From: Oligoflexales bacterium
GTDB taxonomy: Bacteria > Bdellovibrionota_B > Oligoflexia > Oligoflexales > CAIYRB01
DNA length: 57,553 bases
Assembly: GCA_041736175.1 (NCBI GenBank)
Contig: JBGSUI010000161.1
Location: 1-57,553 of the forward strand
Direction: 5' to 3'
The translations under genes and the position numbers were made by a program. Shown here piece by piece: positions 56,440 to 57,553 of the stretch (positions within the stretch are counted from its first letter, which is position 1; each line of letters begins with the position of its first letter). The notes beneath the pieces are model-generated. The model was not told where the DNA came from, ran no database searches, and saw nothing but the letters and a program-made list of their open reading frames with translations.

Positions 56440-56907
56440 ATGGCGTATATCGAAATCCGTAAAGACGACCCGATGGTGACCACAACGTTCAAACTGCCAG
56501 CCGCGTTGAAGGGAACGATTGAGAAGGTGGCGCAAAAGGAAGGGGTGAGCAGCGGCGAGATCGTTCGCGCCTTCATGAGTTTTGCCCTCGAAGCCTACCG
56601 CGATGGCAAAGTGATCAACGTGTGGGGCACCCAGATGATGGACCACTTTCGCAAACAGGTGCGGGCCGGTGACAATGTCATTGCCAGCCTCATCTTCGGC
56701 AAGGTCCTGGAGATTGCGAACGATTCATTTAAGATGGAAACGACCGAGGGAGTGGTCTTAAAAATGCATCTTGAGGCCCTCACCGATATCATCAACCCGC
56801 GTAAGGAGATCGTAGAGGAAATGAAACGATACGAATCCGAGTTGAAGGGGGAGGTCAAAATTCGCAAGAAGGGCGGAGCAAAGCACGGCAAGGGGAAGAA
56901 GAAGTAA
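56440..56907 (+). CDS. Ribbon-helix-helix protein fused to a YajC-like beta domain
   Basis: GGAGG RBS; TTTFKLPAALKGTIEKVAQKEGVSSGEIVR; VRAGDNVI...IFGKVLEI; basic tail. Confidence 0.6.
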   Translation: MAYIEIRKDDPMVTTTFKLPAALKGTIEKVAQKEGVSSGEIVRAFMSFALEAYRDGKVINVWGTQMMDHFRKQVRAGDNVIASLIFGKVLEIANDSFKMETTEGVVLKMHLEALTDIINPRKEIVEEMKRYESELKGEVKIRKKGGAKHGKGKKK

Positions 56908-57221
56908 CAGGCGGTGACACGGCTCGCCCCAGGGCGAGACCATCCTATCGCCTCTATTCATATGTAAAAAAATTTCAGAAAAAGCTTGACGGGTTTTGGG
57001 GCTTACAAAACGCTTCCTATAATAGCCTCTGCGAGCAATTTGCTCATTTTTCCCGCCAAGATCGAGTCAAACCGCCCCATAAACAAATTTGCCGCTTCGA
57101 GTGAAGTTTTTAAAAAAGACCGCAGACTCCGAGCGAAATCAACTTTTACAACCCATGGTATAACTTTTTTCAACAAGGTCTCGACGCCCCAAAGCGTCCT
57201 TAATGAGCGAGAAAAACAACG

Positions 57222-57553
57222 ATGATATCAAGTGAAGCCCTCTCCAAAATACTTGCGCTCCCAAAAAATTGTGACGCCTCCGAATCAACATCTGACATCC
57301 GCGTGCTCCTGCGCCGGCAGTTTCATAAAGCAGTTTTACTCCATCAAAAGGAGCACGATATGGTGCTTGATTCAATGAGGCTGCTCTATCAGCTTGACCG
57401 ACAAAACGCTGCCGGAAACCTCGGGCTCACCCGGGATCAATATATCGAAGCACTGGGACTTTCGCCCGACGTCTACTGGAATAGACTCCAGGCAGCCAAG
57501 GTCCTCGCCTATTTTCCCGCATTCGTGGAGTTATTCAAGACGGGACAAACCCA
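57222..57553 (+). CDS. Partial ORF resembling the N-terminal domain of HNH/DUF222-type proteins
   Basis: Open to the window end; LGLSPDVYWNRLQAAKVLAYFP pattern. Not in the ORF track. Confidence 0.5.
   Translation, partial: MISSEALSKILALPKNCDASESTSDIRVLLRRQFHKAVLLHQKEHDMVLDSMRLLYQLDRQNAAGNLGLTRDQYIEALGLSPDVYWNRLQAAKVLAYFPAFVELFKTGQT

Noticed and set aside
306..57375. Many 60-180 aa ORFs overlapping the called genes
   Set aside because: They are antisense or out-of-frame shadows of well-supported CDSs and carry no motifs.
1..57553. CRISPR array, tRNA, rRNA or riboswitch
   Set aside because: No regularly spaced repeat-spacer series or recognisable RNA gene seen by eye. The 19 bp repeat at 45857 has only two copies and there are no cas genes. 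A covariance scan was not run.

Overview
Bacterial chromosomal window. The gene repertoire (7TM-PP2C sensors, CPAF-like S41 protease, Tat-DUF1501/cytochrome c operon, many lipoproteins) suggests Oligoflexia/Bdellovibrionota, but this is an inference. It carries about 50 CDSs; I found no tRNA, rRNA or CRISPR array. Main blocks from left to right: the right end of an ISAzo13-type IS; a DUF1501/cytochrome c/lipoprotein operon; a divergent lipase and S41 protease; a phosphorelay; a 12 kb, 13-gene cluster for a sulfated, methylated glycan with its own cysD-cysNC; tal, osmC, brnTA and PPIases; OmpA plus a PKD lipoprotein; miaE and three RNA methyltransferases; a divergent 7TM-PP2C pair; and an RHH fusion next to a truncated HNH-like gene. 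Structure the ORF track does not explain: (1) two integrase-free islets bounded by diverged direct repeats of host sequence, one duplicating 57 bp of the miaE 3' end and one duplicating a 64 bp promoter; (2) three intact AAA_14/DUF4143 ATPase-nuclease genes, each preceded by its own repeat motif, plus one relic copy; (3) a pseudo-phosphatase/phosphatase receptor pair; (4) RHH-YajC-like and PAS-pseudo-methyltransferase fusions. All family calls come from reading motifs by eye; no database searches were run.
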